A DNA stretch of 64,000 nucleotides, taken from IMG/VR virus record IMGVR_UViG_3300022822_000010. One strand, written 5' to 3'. Positions 29,519 through 42,017 of the stretch are shown here, in pieces. Origin of the DNA: an uncultured virus (IMG/VR IMGVR_UViG_3300022822_000010) (taxonomy: Duplodnaviria > Heunggongvirae > Uroviricota > Caudoviricetes). The notes below the pieces were generated by a model that saw nothing but the letters and a program-made list of their open reading frames with translations, was not told the DNA's origin and searched no databases. The position numbers and the translations under genes were made by a program. Positions within the stretch are counted from its first letter, which is position 1; each line of letters opens with the position of its first letter.

Positions 29519-29826
29519 TAGGTGTAACCGAATAAGCGAGCAACACCCAGCGCCCAACCAAGCGGAAAGATTAAGGCAGATATAAACATAGTGCCCCATT
29601 CACCTGCGTAGAAGGTATCATACAACTGATACAATAAAGGCGAAATAAATGCTAGCGAAAAGACATACGCCCAAGGCGATTTACGGTTAGCTTCATCTTC
29701 AATCTGCTTTAGTCGGCGAACTTCAGCAACTTCGGCTTGACGGGCTTCAAAGGTCGCTTTCTTATAGGCTTTCATTTGAGCCTTTTGCTCAGTAATAACA
29801 GCTTTATCTTCTTTAGATTTAAACAT
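29518..29826 (-). CDS. Hypothetical membrane protein
   Basis: First ORF after an early promoter; two C-terminal hydrophobic segments. Confidence 0.6.
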   Translation of the reverse strand: MFKSKEDKAVITEQKAQMKAYKKATFEARQAEVAEVRRLKQIEDEANRKSPWAYVFSLAFISPLLYQLYDTFYAGEWGTMFISALIFPLGWALGVARLFGYT

Positions 29827-29889
29827 AATATAAACTCTTTGTTTTGATTTAAGAACTATTATACCGTACTTCCGTTAAGAAGTAAAGCT

Positions 29890-30081
29890 TTATTTTTTGT
29901 TAGTTAATGTTATAGTGGGTAAATTGGTGAAACAAATCCATAGAACTATTGCCCAAGTAATAGCGCTAAACAAAAAAGTAAATTCTACATCATATAATAT
30001 CATTGAAGCAACAAACAATCCGCTTTGTATTAGCACATTAAAAGTTGCTATTATCGCAATCGTTACTATCGCATAACACAT
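29890..30081 (-). CDS. Small membrane protein
   Basis: Hydrophobic 63-aa ORF directly after thyX. Confidence 0.5.
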   Translation of the reverse strand: MCYAIVTIAIIATFNVLIQSGLFVASMILYDVEFTFLFSAITWAIVLWICFTNLPTITLTNKK

Positions 30082-30084
30082 AAT

Positions 30085-30726
30085 CTAATTCTCTATTCGT
30101 GATTGAAGTGCGGCCCAACCTATTTGAAACTCAGGCTCAATCACAGCTCTTGTTAACTCAGCAAACTCTTTAGCCTCGACTTGAGAGCCTGCCCCTGATC
30201 GAAGATTGTACATATGAAAGAAGGCTAACAAGTTACCGCTCCAGATGAAGTTGACCATCATAGATTGAGGTAAGACCATTCGAGCCATTTCAGGCGCAAT
30301 ACCATCTTCTAACATTGAATTATACAAGCTTAATGAATTCTTGATATGAAGATCGTGAGCTTCTTGCATATTTTGAGATTGATGGTGAATACCACCAGAG
30401 CCTTGCTTGATACTACCTTCTGGACGTAAACGCCATTCTGAGGGTTGGTAAAAATCAGGGTCAGTCGAGATATAGCGCCTTGACTCTTCGTTCCAAGTTA
30501 GGCCTGCTTGATGCTTCATTAGCTGACGGGCTAAAAATAAAGGCACTTCGCATCGCAACTGAATGAAGTTATGACGAAAGGGTGTGTCATGGTAATGCTT
30601 CGCCAGATAATTAATTAACTTCTCGTCTCCTGGCAAGACTTCATCGGCTTCTTTATTGAAGCTAACGCGAGCAGAGTTCACCACTGATAAATCTCCACCT
30701 GCGTGTAATACTAACTCAACTTTCAT
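30085..30726 (-). CDS. thyX: Flavin-dependent thymidylate synthase
   Basis: VVNSARVSF, HDTPFRH, LARQLMKH...NEESRRY, PEMARMVLPQ motifs. Confidence 0.95.
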   Translation of the reverse strand: MKVELVLHAGGDLSVVNSARVSFNKEADEVLPGDEKLINYLAKHYHDTPFRHNFIQLRCEVPLFLARQLMKHQAGLTWNEESRRYISTDPDFYQPSEWRLRPEGSIKQGSGGIHHQSQNMQEAHDLHIKNSLSLYNSMLEDGIAPEMARMVLPQSMMVNFIWSGNLLAFFHMYNLRSGAGSQVEAKEFAELTRAVIEPEFQIGWAALQSRIEN

Positions 30727-30741
30727 ATCTATTTTCTCCTA

Positions 30742-30972
30742 TTAAATTGCTTTTATATTAATTTCTATATCAAAACCGCGATAACTTTGTTCAAATATTA
30801 TACTACCATCACATGAAGGGAAAACGTACCACGGTCCGTTATCTAGATTAGACGCATATATGAGGGCTTTTTCTATAGTCTTTTGACTTATAATGTCAGC
30901 GCCATATGAATCCCAATTTTCTTTAAGATTTCCAAAGCTAATTATTGTATCTGTAATTGTTTCTTCAGTCAT
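30742..30972 (-). CDS. Hypothetical protein
   Basis: LKENWDSYGA motif; directly downstream of an early promoter. Confidence 0.6.
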   Translation of the reverse strand: MTEETITDTIISFGNLKENWDSYGADIISQKTIEKALIYASNLDNGPWYVFPSCDGSIIFEQSYRGFDIEINIKAI

Positions 30973-31032
30973 TATATTTAATTCCTATTAACGTATATTA
31001 TACTATAGTTTAAGCGCGAAGTAAAGATGTTT

Positions 31033-32494
31033 TTAAACTAATTTATACTTCTCAACCATACGCCTTTCGACTGCTTCAACTAGCTCTGGTGATGCGTGAA
31101 ATAGCGGAATCATATCAAGAGCGCCTTTCTTGTCATCTATAGTTACCCAGAAGTTTTTGTGTAATGTGATTTCGAACTCTTCATAGTTCATCTTGAGAAT
31201 GTTACCTATTGGTATGGTAGTCCACAACCAGAATGAAAAAGCTTTCAACCAGAATAAAAAATCTTTCATATACATTTCCTTATTAATTTTTTTGAGAGGG
31301 TTTCGTTAGCTCTCGCGGTTATATCTTCGCATACTTGTCTATCAGACTCATATACGTCCATACACATATTATAATAGTCTGGGCCTAATACCTTATTAAC
31401 CATGACTTGGAAATGCTCTCTCAGATTATCGTATTGTAATAAAGAGATTCTATTCTCATGGTAAAAATCTTCGTATGATATGGTAGGGTTAGTTTCTTCC
31501 GTGTTAGTTTCTTCCTCGCCAGTCTCCCGCTCGAATATGTGCCATACATAATTATTATCAAAGACGGTATCAATAAATGTATATTCCCAACCAGTTGGTA
31601 TTTCTTGGCCAGTACCAAAACAAACAAACGTTTTTTTAACTATTGGTTTATCTATATCTAATTTACACCATATAGATATCTTGTTGAATTGCGGGTGAGC
31701 GCTCAACAACTCATAGCCTTGGTGTAGTTCTATTTGAGTCGAAGAGTCCGATATGTTTATCTGATATTTTTGTATACGTTCAGTCATTATACTTTTCCTT
31801 CCCTATCAATTTCGCGGCAACATACAGCGATCGCATCTTTGAGGGTTATTTGTAGATTGGCGTAATATGTAGACGACTCGACCATATCTATATTGTCGTC
31901 TATTTGAATACGTAACCCGCGAACTAACTCAGCGATTTCTTCTATAGTGGCCAACGATATATTAACATCACCGACGAATATTTGCTGAGTGACCTCGCCT
32001 GTATTTAATATAGGCTCTGAGGATAATTGGCTCTGTTGCGGTTTCGCCTTAATTCTTTCCCACATCGCATCCAAGACTTCTTGTTTGCTTTGACCTTCGA
32101 TAAGTTGTTCAACCCATTCTGGCCTTAAGATAGTGCTCTTTAAGAAGGAGTGCCCCCCTGATCTACGCACTTTATATTCGTGTAGCCAAGAAGGTCTTTT
32201 ACCAAAATCGCTCGCGCAATAATAAGACATGAACAGATATCGAAATATCTCTTTGAGACGATCACTCTCACTGTCGCGCCAAAAAGTTATTAGATGCGTA
32301 CCTCTCAAATAGACGCATTCTTCTAGGGCCGCACCTATGTAATAATCTACAGGGATTGGATGTTGAAGTAATGTTTCTGCGTTACGGTACGCCCACTTTC
32401 CGAACTCTTTGTTTCCTTTTAGAGTAACACACAATTTACTAAACGCAGAATCAAGCTGCTCGTAAGTGGAGAATGGTAAAATTTGGGTTTTCAT
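31033..32494 (-). CDS. Operon of three hypothetical proteins (31033-31275, 31266-31787, 31787-32494)
   Basis: Overlapping stop/start codons behind the early promoter at 32526. Confidence 0.6.
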
Positions 32495-32557
32495 AGTATA
32501 ATCTCTCTTTATCGATTAAGTACCTATTATAACCTATCTAATCCTAGAAGTAAAGCT

Positions 32558-33179
32558 TTATTTTATTGCCTTAAAGCAAACGAGGTAGCTGTTGCTTGAT
32601 ATGGTTCTAGTTTTACCGAAGATATCGACGACATCATAAACTTTAGGCTTAGCATGACCCCAAGTTTCGTTACTAACTGTACTTTTTTGATATACAAAGT
32701 GTTTTTCCGTCTTTGTGTTTTTACAATACATTAGAGAATTTAGCCACTCGTCTGCTGCTGCTTGCTCTCTCTTTTTGGTATAAATATCGTGCGACATATA
32801 AACTATGGCGCACAAAATTACTGATGAAACAAAGGTATAAGATATATTTTTCATTATATCATCACTTCCAAAGTTCCGGCTATACATAGCAAAAGAAAGA
32901 TTACAAGGCAGCAAGCGCAATTAAAATACTTATCGTTCCACATAATTATTTTTCCACCGCTGGTAGTTTAACAAGTAAGCCTAACGTTTTATCGATTACT
33001 TTCTCGGCTTGTCTTCGTTCTAACTGCATAATGTCTACAACAAATTGTGTACCGACTCTACAGATAACGAGGCGAACTTTATTGCTAGTGAACATTTGCT
33101 CGATTGAAAGAGCGAGACCGTTGTTCAAATCGATTTTTTTGTTCCACTCAACTGCTATTCTTGTTCTTCGTGTTGTCAT
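32558..33179 (-). CDS. Two hypothetical proteins (32558-32854 with N-terminal TM segment; 32946-33179)
   Basis: ORFs behind the early promoter at 33215. Confidence 0.55.
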
Positions 33180-33272
33180 ACTATATACTCTCTGTTTCTA
33201 TCAATTAAGTACATATTATACCGCGAAAGGCCTAAGAAGTAAAGAACTTTCTTAGACCGTTTAGCTATATCG

Positions 33273-35537
33273 CTAACTGCTTTTACCTCCGATTCCCTCT
33301 AAAGCATCCAGCGCCCAAGATTGATATTGGTATGAGACAGCATTGTCGCGATTTTTAATCTTTTTTAGAGTCAGTTCATAATAACTAACTTTACGTTCAG
33401 CGATCACTAGAGATGCTTTCAACTCATCATAAGTGGGGCATCGACCATACTTGTTACAAGATCCTTTTTCTTCTGATCCACTAAGAGGCATTTTGTAATA
33501 CTTAGCAGGAAGGCCGCAGCCGCATTTTCTATCTATCAAACTTATCATAACTCCCTCGCATTTAGCTCGTTTACGATATCGCTTAGACTACAAGCGATGC
33601 TTGACGCTTCACGAAGACTCTTGTCAGTTTGTAGTTTATTCAACCGCTGAACAACCCTACCTCTTGGCAAAAGAGTTTTTTGCGTTTTTCTCTTTCTATT
33701 ATCCCAAGCATCGCCGCCAAGCGATCGAACACACTTGAGAGCGTGAATGTTTGAATTGATCATTTCGAAATCAAGATTTTCTAAGTAAGTCATATTATTC
33801 GCCTTTGGATTTTTCTATTAAAACTGATTCGCTGTAACATCCATTAGATTCGCCGAGCCAGCGCATCCATATACCGCCTTTACTAGTCTCGATCTTGTAA
33901 AAAGTCCATGTGCCGCTATTATCAACTTTAGCAGCATCATCGCCATCGCTGACAACTTCTTCAGCATCGACTATTAATCCACCAATAACATCATCATCTT
34001 CAAAATCGATCAGGGTGACTTCTTCGCAGCAGGACTGCTCATGATAAAAGCGGTAAACAAAACCGCTTTTCATGGTTATTTTAACTGAACCTGAATATTG
34101 GACAATGCCCTCAACCTTGGCGATTCTCTCGCCCACTAATGAACTCACGGCCACTCGGACAGATTTAACCTCATTATGATCTTCTGCTGCTCTCGCTTTT
34201 CTTCGCATACTTTCGGCTAGCAACTTTTCAGCATAAGCTAAATTTTCTTGCGCCTTAAGCGATCCTATAAATTTATCGCTGTTCATAGATATGTATCCTC
34301 GTTGCTACATAAATGGCGTCAAACTCGTCCCCTCTAATCTTTCCGAGAGATTCCATCAAAGCCAGCGCCGCCTTTCTAGTTGTCCAGTTGCTGTACCTTT
34401 CTTCAATATTACCTGATACAGCGAATACTGCGTATTTTTCGTCTTCCATATCAATTTGCCTCACTAACTGATTTACGAGCTGCTTTAGCCATTTCTGGCA
34501 TTACGTTATCAAAACGAGCAGGGCTTAATACTACTCTTTAATCTTCAATCGTAAATTTTGCGGAATCCGCCAATAACAATCCGCTTTTTTCGTTCCAAAG
34601 AGATTTAATTTTAATCTCGACAGGGCTGAGTTGTATCGCATTATAGTCTTCTAACAGTTCTGCAAAAGCTGCTCTGAAATGTTCTTCTTGTTCATCTGAC
34701 ATTATCATATTCCTTCGCCTCGCGTAAATCTTTTGATTAGTTTTATGTCATCATATAACATTTCACACCAAACCTCTGTTGGGCTTTCTTCTTTGGCGAG
34801 TTGATGCCAATAACCATTACCTGAGTAATTTTCTCCAAGATAAACAAGCACTGTGGTATCGTTTTCGAATGTATACAATTCGCCTTTAATCAGGGTCATA
34901 TTAAACTCTCTATTTCATCTTGGACTTCTTTAATTTTGCGAGCAGAGACTCCCATGCCCCTAACCAATACCTTATGCTTTTCTAGTAGGGAAAAAAGCTC
35001 GTCTTCTAGTTCTTTCATTCTTAATTTGTCGGTGTATATAACAAACACTTTTTCTGGATCCCAACAAACCATACCCGCACTTTTATTATCGAATGTATAG
35101 CCGTTGGTGACATTTTGGATAGTGGCACCCTCGGCAAATGCGGTAATACATTCGACATGGACGTGAGGCTTCCCTCGGTACTTGTTCATATTGTTTGTTT
35201 CCTCTGGTTCGTGTAACAATTCAAAGTCTTCGGCTAAGTAGATGCCTGAAAGCCCTTGTAGGATTACAAGACATGCGCCTTGAGTCACGTACACTTCGTA
35301 AACTTTTCCTGCAGCGACGTTTCGATTAGCTTGAGTTCTTAAGCATTTTATTTTATCGCCACGCATAAACACTTCGCGATCAGCAACATGCTCAAAGTAC
35401 GATGAATCAAAATAGGCAAAACTACCATAAACCTGGATCGTAGAGCCAGACGAATGTGATACTCTATAATAATGACCCAGCTTTAGCGCATTATGCTTTT
35501 TAACGCAACAGACTGTCTGGTCAGGTTCTACTTTCAT
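33273..35537 (-). CDS. Operon of small hypothetical proteins (33273-33548, 33545-33793, 33795-34286, 34273-34464, 34705-34899, 34896-35537)
   Basis: Tightly packed or overlapping ORFs; 33795-34286 has the common phage HEQSCCE...WTFYK...GESNGCYSE motif. Confidence 0.6.
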
Positions 35538-35839
35538 AATATATTCTCTTTTAAGTATTTGTCGACAACAATAGCCCAGTTTGCTTTCTCTGCTCTAAGG
35601 TTAACTAAGCTATTAAGCGCTCCTTCAATAACTTTTCTTTCTTTGGTATTGATCGGGGTGTAGTCGAGCATGTAACTAGTTAACAATCTGGCTTGCTTAA
35701 ACGCTATTTGGTTAACACGAGCGCCGCTGATATCGAAGCGCTCAGCAACTTTTTTACTAGTCTCCCCATCAACAATGAGGCATTTAAATATGTCTATCAT
35801 CCTTAATTTGTTTTCTTTAGTGATTTTGCTAATAGGCAT
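35534..35839 (-). CDS. Sigma70 region-4-like HTH protein
   Basis: GETSKKVAERFDISGARVNQIAFKQARLL resembles the sigma region 4.2 HTH. Confidence 0.55.
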   Translation of the reverse strand: MPISKITKENKLRMIDIFKCLIVDGETSKKVAERFDISGARVNQIAFKQARLLTSYMLDYTPINTKERKVIEGALNSLVNLRAEKANWAIVVDKYLKENIL

Positions 35840-35916
35840 AATGTATTCGCTCTTGATTAGTTAAGTATTAATTATACCTTAACCTAACAGAAAAGTAAAG
35901 AACTTTCTTAGACCGT

Positions 35917-37237
35917 TTAGTTATCAAATTTTAACTTTAAACGCTCGTAATCTCGGCGATCTCTTTTGGTGGCGATATCTTCGCGCCGTTGCTCTATCTC
36001 GCAGCGCTTTAGCGCTTCTTCGTTGGTCTCTTCGCGTTCATACCGCAATTCAATACACGGGCCGTTATATGATTCGCTTTCGCGGTCTATGACAATTTCA
36101 ATAGAACTGCGACACTCTAAGGGGACTTTGTTTATCTCGTCAGCAAACCATTGAATAAATTCATACCCATTTAGAGGTATTATTTCGTTTGATAAATCCA
36201 CTCTAATTGTTTTTAAACCCATTATAATTTCTCTCCTTTAATCATTTCGCCATATGCTTTGATACGGCCCATTAGCGATAATTCAATATCGTTGTCGTCA
36301 TAAAGTGGTACGTCATGTTCTACCAGAAATCTCACCGCAATATCGTAATCGCGGGCAATTTCTGATAGTATCTCGATTTTTGATTCTTCGGACTCTTCGT
36401 GAAAATGTATCTTAGGCATCCGGCACTCTCTCAATCTTAGTTATTTTGAAGGGGTGTTTATCGAATATACCATAGAAGGCCGCATCAGCAGTCTTTTCTA
36501 TAGTATCGGTTTGTTTACCACACCACCACTCTTCTGTTAACAAGACTTGCCTAATCTCTCCATCCCAATCAGCTACAGCCGTACAGAGAAACTTAGGCGC
36601 TGGCGATCCGTCAGGGAGATTATCGCGGCACATTATTATAGCGCGTCCCATTACGCCCCCTCTGCTGCTAGAATTCGCGTATAAATTTCTTCTATTCGAT
36701 CGATATCTAACGGAGAGTGATCAAAAGAAATCGCAATACCAGAAAGCCTACCGCGCCACCACGCGCAAAGTTGCGGTGTTAAGTCGCTATAGGTTATTAT
36801 CTGATCAACTTCGATAAATAACTCATCGATTAAAACGCTTGGATTTTTCATTACACTCTCTCCTTTAGTATAGCATCTAAATCAGATATGGCATCGACTT
36901 CATCGTAATAGTAGTCGTACTCAAAATTATTGTCGCCGACAATAACCCAAACATCTCGACCTTCGCTGTCGTGGTTCTGAACTATTCTAGGGTTTATCAG
37001 ACCAGCCTTGTCTTCTTCGGTTGGTCCTTCTGGCTCGCCTTCGTCGTCAGACAGGTTATCTTCCAACTCTTGTGCGACTATACCCGTTTTAAAGAACTCG
37101 CGCTCGTCAGCATTAAGGTGCGGAAAGGCATGCTGTATAAGCAGACCGTTGTTGTAAGCCGCGATTTGGGCTTCGGTGATGTTCAACTCCATCTCGCGTA
37201 TTTCGCCGGTCAACATAGATTTTTTAAGTATTTTCAT
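35917..37237 (-). CDS. Operon of five hypothetical proteins (35917-36222, 36222-36434, 36412-36651, 36651-36851, 36851-37237)
   Basis: Coupled ORFs behind the promoter at 37273; 36851-37237 has the common phage LIQHAFPHLNADEREFFKTG motif. Confidence 0.6.
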
Positions 37238-37346
37238 AATATATTCTCTCTGTTTCGATCAATTAAGTATTAATTATACTGGAGTTAAAGAATAAAGTAA
37301 AGAACTTTCTTAGACCGATTAGCTCTAAGAAAGCGCATTTTAATAG

Positions 37347-37703
37347 CTAGGCGACTAGTAGATAATCTTTTTTGTATGTACCAATTTTAATATCGGTGTA
37401 ATGACTAACGTGGTGATAGTCGGTCATTGGCTCGCTGTGGTCAAAGAAGTCTTGTCCTTGCATAGCAGCCAAAAGCTCGTTTAAGAAAGATTGTTGCTCG
37501 CCTTCATAATTCTTATCGATCCAAAACTCGTTTACATCTGCGCTACCCGTAGGTAGATCGAAGTTTAAAACACCGCTTTGGATAGTAACGACTAAAGTTG
37601 AATAGTTGCAAATTGAAATTGAAGCTTTCATCTTATACTTTTTAAGAACAGCTTTGATTTGAGGAGCAAGGGTCTTTTTATTTTCTTGTGATACGTAAGC
37701 CAT
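37347..37703 (-). CDS. Conserved phage early protein (LPD29-like)
   Basis: MAYVSQE.KK.LAP.IKAVLKKY...DHSEPMTDYHHV motif; has its own promoter. Confidence 0.55.
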   Translation of the reverse strand: MAYVSQENKKTLAPQIKAVLKKYKMKASISICNYSTLVVTIQSGVLNFDLPTGSADVNEFWIDKNYEGEQQSFLNELLAAMQGQDFFDHSEPMTDYHHVSHYTDIKIGTYKKDYLLVA

Positions 37704-37801
37704 GATATAGTCTCTCTGTTTCGATCAATTAAGTACCTATTATACCGTAATTGTCAGAGAGAGTAAAGCTGTTTATTATACCGTTTTAGAATAAAAACGG
37801 C

Positions 37802-38774
37802 TCATATCATAACTATAATACCGATAAGGCTCAACATTGTCGTGAACCCGAATATACGTACACCCAACTGCGCCGTAAGTTTTTTCACATTGTTAGGTGA
37901 TAGATAGTTATAAGCATTAGTCATTGAGTGCGCGTATAACAATAAAGTCAAATTTACTGCGAAAAGTTTTAAACTAATATCCATATATTACACCATACAG
38001 CTAGAAGTTATTAGGCTCTCGATAGCGAGATACCAAGCCCAGAAAGGGAAGATGAATGCAAAGAATGTAGACCAAAATCCAGATGCGATTACAATTCCGC
38101 TTATCCAGACAATGATTGCCGCAATTTGAATTAACCGAAGAAATGCTTTATAAATTAGAAAGGGAACGCTCATTTTAAACTCCGTTAGATATTGTTGATA
38201 ATTTGTGTTGATTAATAGGTCCTAATATTTGGTGCTGGCCTTCACACTCAGGGCATCGTATTTCACCGACGTAAAAATGCCTCTCACAATATTCGCGATT
38301 AGTTCTTTTGGTTTCTAACACATCGTTCATATTCCTCTTTGCTTAGCGCCGATGCATCAGTGACCCATTCTTCAGGGTCCTGTTCTTCATATCCCTCTTT
38401 GTCGAACCACTCATCAGCAACCCATTCTTCTGCTTCTGTATGGCTATCATTTGAAAGGGGATCACAACCGTTATCGGCAGCAATAGATGCGCTCAAGTAA
38501 CCTGCGGCGTAAGCTTCTGTTAATAAGTATTTTTCTCTTTTGTTCATATTCATATCTCGCGTATTTGAATAATTCACCAATCTTCTATCTTTGGGGTCCC
38601 GTTAGAGCAAGGCTGTACAAATTTAGGCCAAACTTTAGGCTCTTTCATGTCTAGCCACATATGAGACCCGCAAATGTGTATAAAATGGTATTCCCAACGG
38701 CCTCCGTATAACTTTCTATACCATCGGTACTGTCCGAAAGTTATCTTGAATAGTTTTATTTTTAGTAGGCTCAA
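37802..38774 (-). CDS. Small hypothetical proteins (37802-37984 and 37988-38173 membrane; 38299-38580; 38574-38774)
   Basis: ORFs behind the promoter at 38799. Confidence 0.55.
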
Positions 38775-38862
38775 GCTACTTCTCCTAATTAAGTATCTAT
38801 TATAACTTATCTAAACTAAGAAGTAAAGCTTTTATATTTATTTTCTTGCCGCCGATACGGAA

Positions 38863-40011
38863 TTAGTTAACGCAAATAGCATTTAGTGGAAAGTCTTCAG
38901 GGTCAATATCTCCGTCTTCCTTTATTAAGTCAAGACTCTTCCACTCTTCATTTTCCTCGTCGTAATGACCAACCGATGGCTCAAAATAAATTCCCTCGTA
39001 AGAATTACCCTCATCGTCTGCAGACGCGACTGTTTCGAATTCTGCGTACTCAGGATTATCTACTAACATTTTGTTAACGTTTGCTACATAGTCTTTAAAT
39101 TTCATAATATTTCTCTATATTAAATACGGGATTAAAGTTTGTTGATTGCATTTCTTGCTTGAGGCCAAATACCTTGCGTACTACCGTATTTGCCTGCGTG
39201 TATATCATTCATGATAGCTCGCGCTTGTTTGTCGCCCGACGCATTGCCCCAGGATTTGTACACGCCATACGATATAATGTCAGACAATAATTGTTTATCG
39301 TTTTCGGTGAAACGCTCTTTGGAAAAATTATAATGACTATATTCATGTTGCGGAACCCAAATAAGCTCCATACCCCAAAGTCGCATGAGGTCATCCTTTA
39401 CCTCTAAGACATAGAATATAGTTCCATCCTTAACTGCTTGATCATCTTTCGAGAATTTATTCATTGCTATTAATCTCTGCGTATTTCTTAGCAAGGGTGC
39501 GACAACCTTTATCCAAACTATTGATACCGTTGACAAAGCTTTTTTGATAATCGGTATCGACTACGTATACATAATCTTCTGTAAATTGAGTGAATTCGAC
39601 TGTTTTATGCGATATCATTATGTCGCTAATGTTTTCAGCATTTATATATAAATTTTTTCCATACTCGATTAAATACATAAGTCACACCATTAAGTTTTCT
39701 TTATAGTCTGGGTAGACATAACGAGCCTCGCATCGTTGTCCTTTACCGTCTTGATAATAATTGCGCCAAGCATCGCCGTTTTCCTCACCCTTACCTTCTA
39801 AGATAAAGAAAACATTGGGATACATAACCGAAAACGATTTCATGTCTTTGTCGTAACTATACCAACGACAACTTTCATAGGTATCGCCGTCACGCGTGAG
39901 CGCTATATCAGCCTCCCCGTAGCTCGACTTCAAGTGATCCATAATAAGACCTCGCGCCTCAACGGTTAGGTCGCACTCTAATACTAATTCAAAATTTCTT
40001 GAATAACCCAT
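38863..40011 (-). CDS. Hypothetical proteins (38863-39105, 39132-39464, 39457-39678, 39682-40011)
   Basis: Packed ORFs; DDEGNSY and LEGKGEENGDAWR motifs of common phage families. Confidence 0.6.
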
Positions 40012-40049
40012 AATAATCTCCTAGTTAACATAAATATAAATACTGAGTA

Positions 40050-40334
40050 CTATAATATTCCCTTTTCTTTAGAATACTTCATAAACTTCTCGACCTTGAG
40101 TTTCTTTTTATCTAATAAGCTTTTGTCGATCTCATACGAAATATTAATCTCTGCGCATAACATTTCGTATACTGCTAATAAATCGTGAACTTCCAATATT
40201 AGTCTTTCTAGATTAACATCGCCTGTATCCTCATTAACATCCATTAACCCAAACCTTTGACCTTTACCAACAGCTTGTACGACTTCACCAGCCTCTTCGC
40301 TTATACACGCTAGTAAGTAATTTTCGGTATTCAT
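40050..40334 (-). CDS. MazG-like nucleotide pyrophosphohydrolase
   Basis: SEEAGEVVQAVGK...RFG...LEVHDL (EExxE...ExxD) pattern. Confidence 0.7.
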   Translation of the reverse strand: MNTENYLLACISEEAGEVVQAVGKGQRFGLMDVNEDTGDVNLERLILEVHDLLAVYEMLCAEINISYEIDKSLLDKKKLKVEKFMKYSKEKGIL

Positions 40335-40357
40335 ATATTACTCCACATTACTTTGTT

Positions 40358-40669
40358 CTATTCTAGATTTTTAATTGATTGCTCGATAACTTTTATTTTT
40401 CTTTCGTGTTCTTGCTTCGCGTCCTGTAGATTAGTAATAGCTCTTTGACGCTTTATCTCTTGATAATCTATTACCTCTTCAAACCAGTAGTACGACGTTC
40501 TGAGGATGGGTAATCCGCAAAGAGTCTCACCCATATCATAGTTAATTCTAGCTTTTTCTCTATACTCTTCAGGAACTTCTTCCAACTTAGATTTCCAGAA
40601 TTGAACAAAGTCCGATAGGTTATCTGGTAAATCGTGCTGTTGTACGTAATTCTCGTTTCTTAGATTCAT
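40358..40669 (-). CDS. Hypothetical protein, paralog of 35917-36222
   Basis: FVQFW...LEEVPEEYR versus FIQWF...INKVPLECR; C-terminal coiled coil in both. Confidence 0.55.
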   Translation of the reverse strand: MNLRNENYVQQHDLPDNLSDFVQFWKSKLEEVPEEYREKARINYDMGETLCGLPILRTSYYWFEEVIDYQEIKRQRAITNLQDAKQEHERKIKVIEQSIKNLE

Positions 40670-40725
40670 AATATATCGCTCATTTAAGTACCTATTATAC
40701 TACTTCTTCATTTAAAAGTAAAGCT

Positions 40726-41334
40726 TTATTTTTCTATTACCCCTTCGAAACCCGAGTATGGTTCAAGAACTCCCCCGCTTCTAACCATAAACCCCTCTTT
40801 GCTTATTTCATACGGTATAATACCGCTACCAAAATCGTTATTTTCGAGCCAGTATTGGGCAGCATTGTAGGATGGAAAATATCGCACACTTTGTGACCCA
40901 TCTCCGTTATCTTCGATTACTGTCCACACATAAACTGTTTGCGCAAATATATCACTCATTTAATTCACCAATGTCATTAAAATAACGCCGCTTGCGACCC
41001 CTAATAAGAAAAAGAAATTCACACGTTCTACCCGGCTTATAAAAGTATTGTTACAAAGTTCTTCTTTCATAATACTCTTTGTTATTAGGCCGATAATTAA
41101 TAAAATAAAAGAAATTGATGAAACAACTGCGCCAACATGTATATCTGAAACGATGATGTTTGTTATCACGCTTCCTAGAATGCCGACAAGACCCGCTGAT
41201 AATATCAGTGCGCCGATACAGGCTATTTGATTTCCCTCCATGGCGTCGTCTACCTTAGGGTCGTAATTTAACATGAAGGTAACAGCCCCTGTGACCGTTA
41301 TTATTATCGAAACTATTATCATATCAGTAATCAT
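40726..41334 (-). CDS. Two hypothetical proteins (40726-40959; 40960-41334 with four TM segments)
   Basis: ORF track; hydrophobicity. Confidence 0.55.
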
Positions 41335-41353
41335 AATTTTCTCTCATTATTAA

Positions 41354-41398
41354 TTAAAAAGGTATATCTTCAATCATCTCAGGGTCGTAATCTGACAT
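41354..41398 (-). CDS. Putative micropeptide MSDYDPEMIEDIPF (bacterial SSB C-terminal-tail-like)
   Basis: Hand translation; TGA-T-ATG junction like neighbouring coupled ORFs. Confidence 0.4.
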   Translation of the reverse strand: MSDYDPEMIEDIPF

Positions 41399-41409
41399 AT
41401 CATGCCATA

Positions 41410-42015
41410 TTACACCATCCATATTACATAATGGCACATAAACAATACACTAAACGCAGAAATAATTATTGGGATCGCGCCGAAAACTATACACAACCAC
41501 ATACCCATTACCCAATCTGACGCATCACTGAAGTTAGACATTATTGCGGCAACAGCCGCAGTAAACAAAAACATAGTAACGCCAGACCCAACAAGCTTGC
41601 CTGCTATATCCATTAAGTCCATATTACATCACCCAAGTAGTATAATAAATAACAGTACCCAATACCGCAGCCATATAGATTGGGCCAGAAAAATCTTTAG
41701 CTTTTGTATTTGGTAGTATGCGCTCACATACCCAAACTGTGAAAATATATATGGCTGATAAAATTATTACAGATTCCATATCAATTACTCCATATCTTAT
41801 AAAATAAAAATATTACAACGCCGGTTATAATAGTCAAACGCAAAATCTCTATTAAATCCATATTACATCACCCAAGTAGTATAATAAATAATGCCCAATG
41901 CTAAAAGCATATAGATGGGGCCAACAAGAATCTCAGCTTTCGTATTTGGTAGTAAGCACTCACATATCCAAGTAGTGAAATACAGTAACACGAACATAAT
42001 AAATACAGATTCCAT
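41410..42015 (-). CDS. Tandemly duplicated small membrane proteins (41410-41622, 41624-41779, 41781-41861, 41863-42015)
   Basis: Two MESV...LPNTKA...GPIYM...YYTTWVM paralogs, each followed by an MDL... hydrophobic ORF; joined by TAATATG/TGATATG. Confidence 0.65.
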
Positions 42016-42017
42016 AA

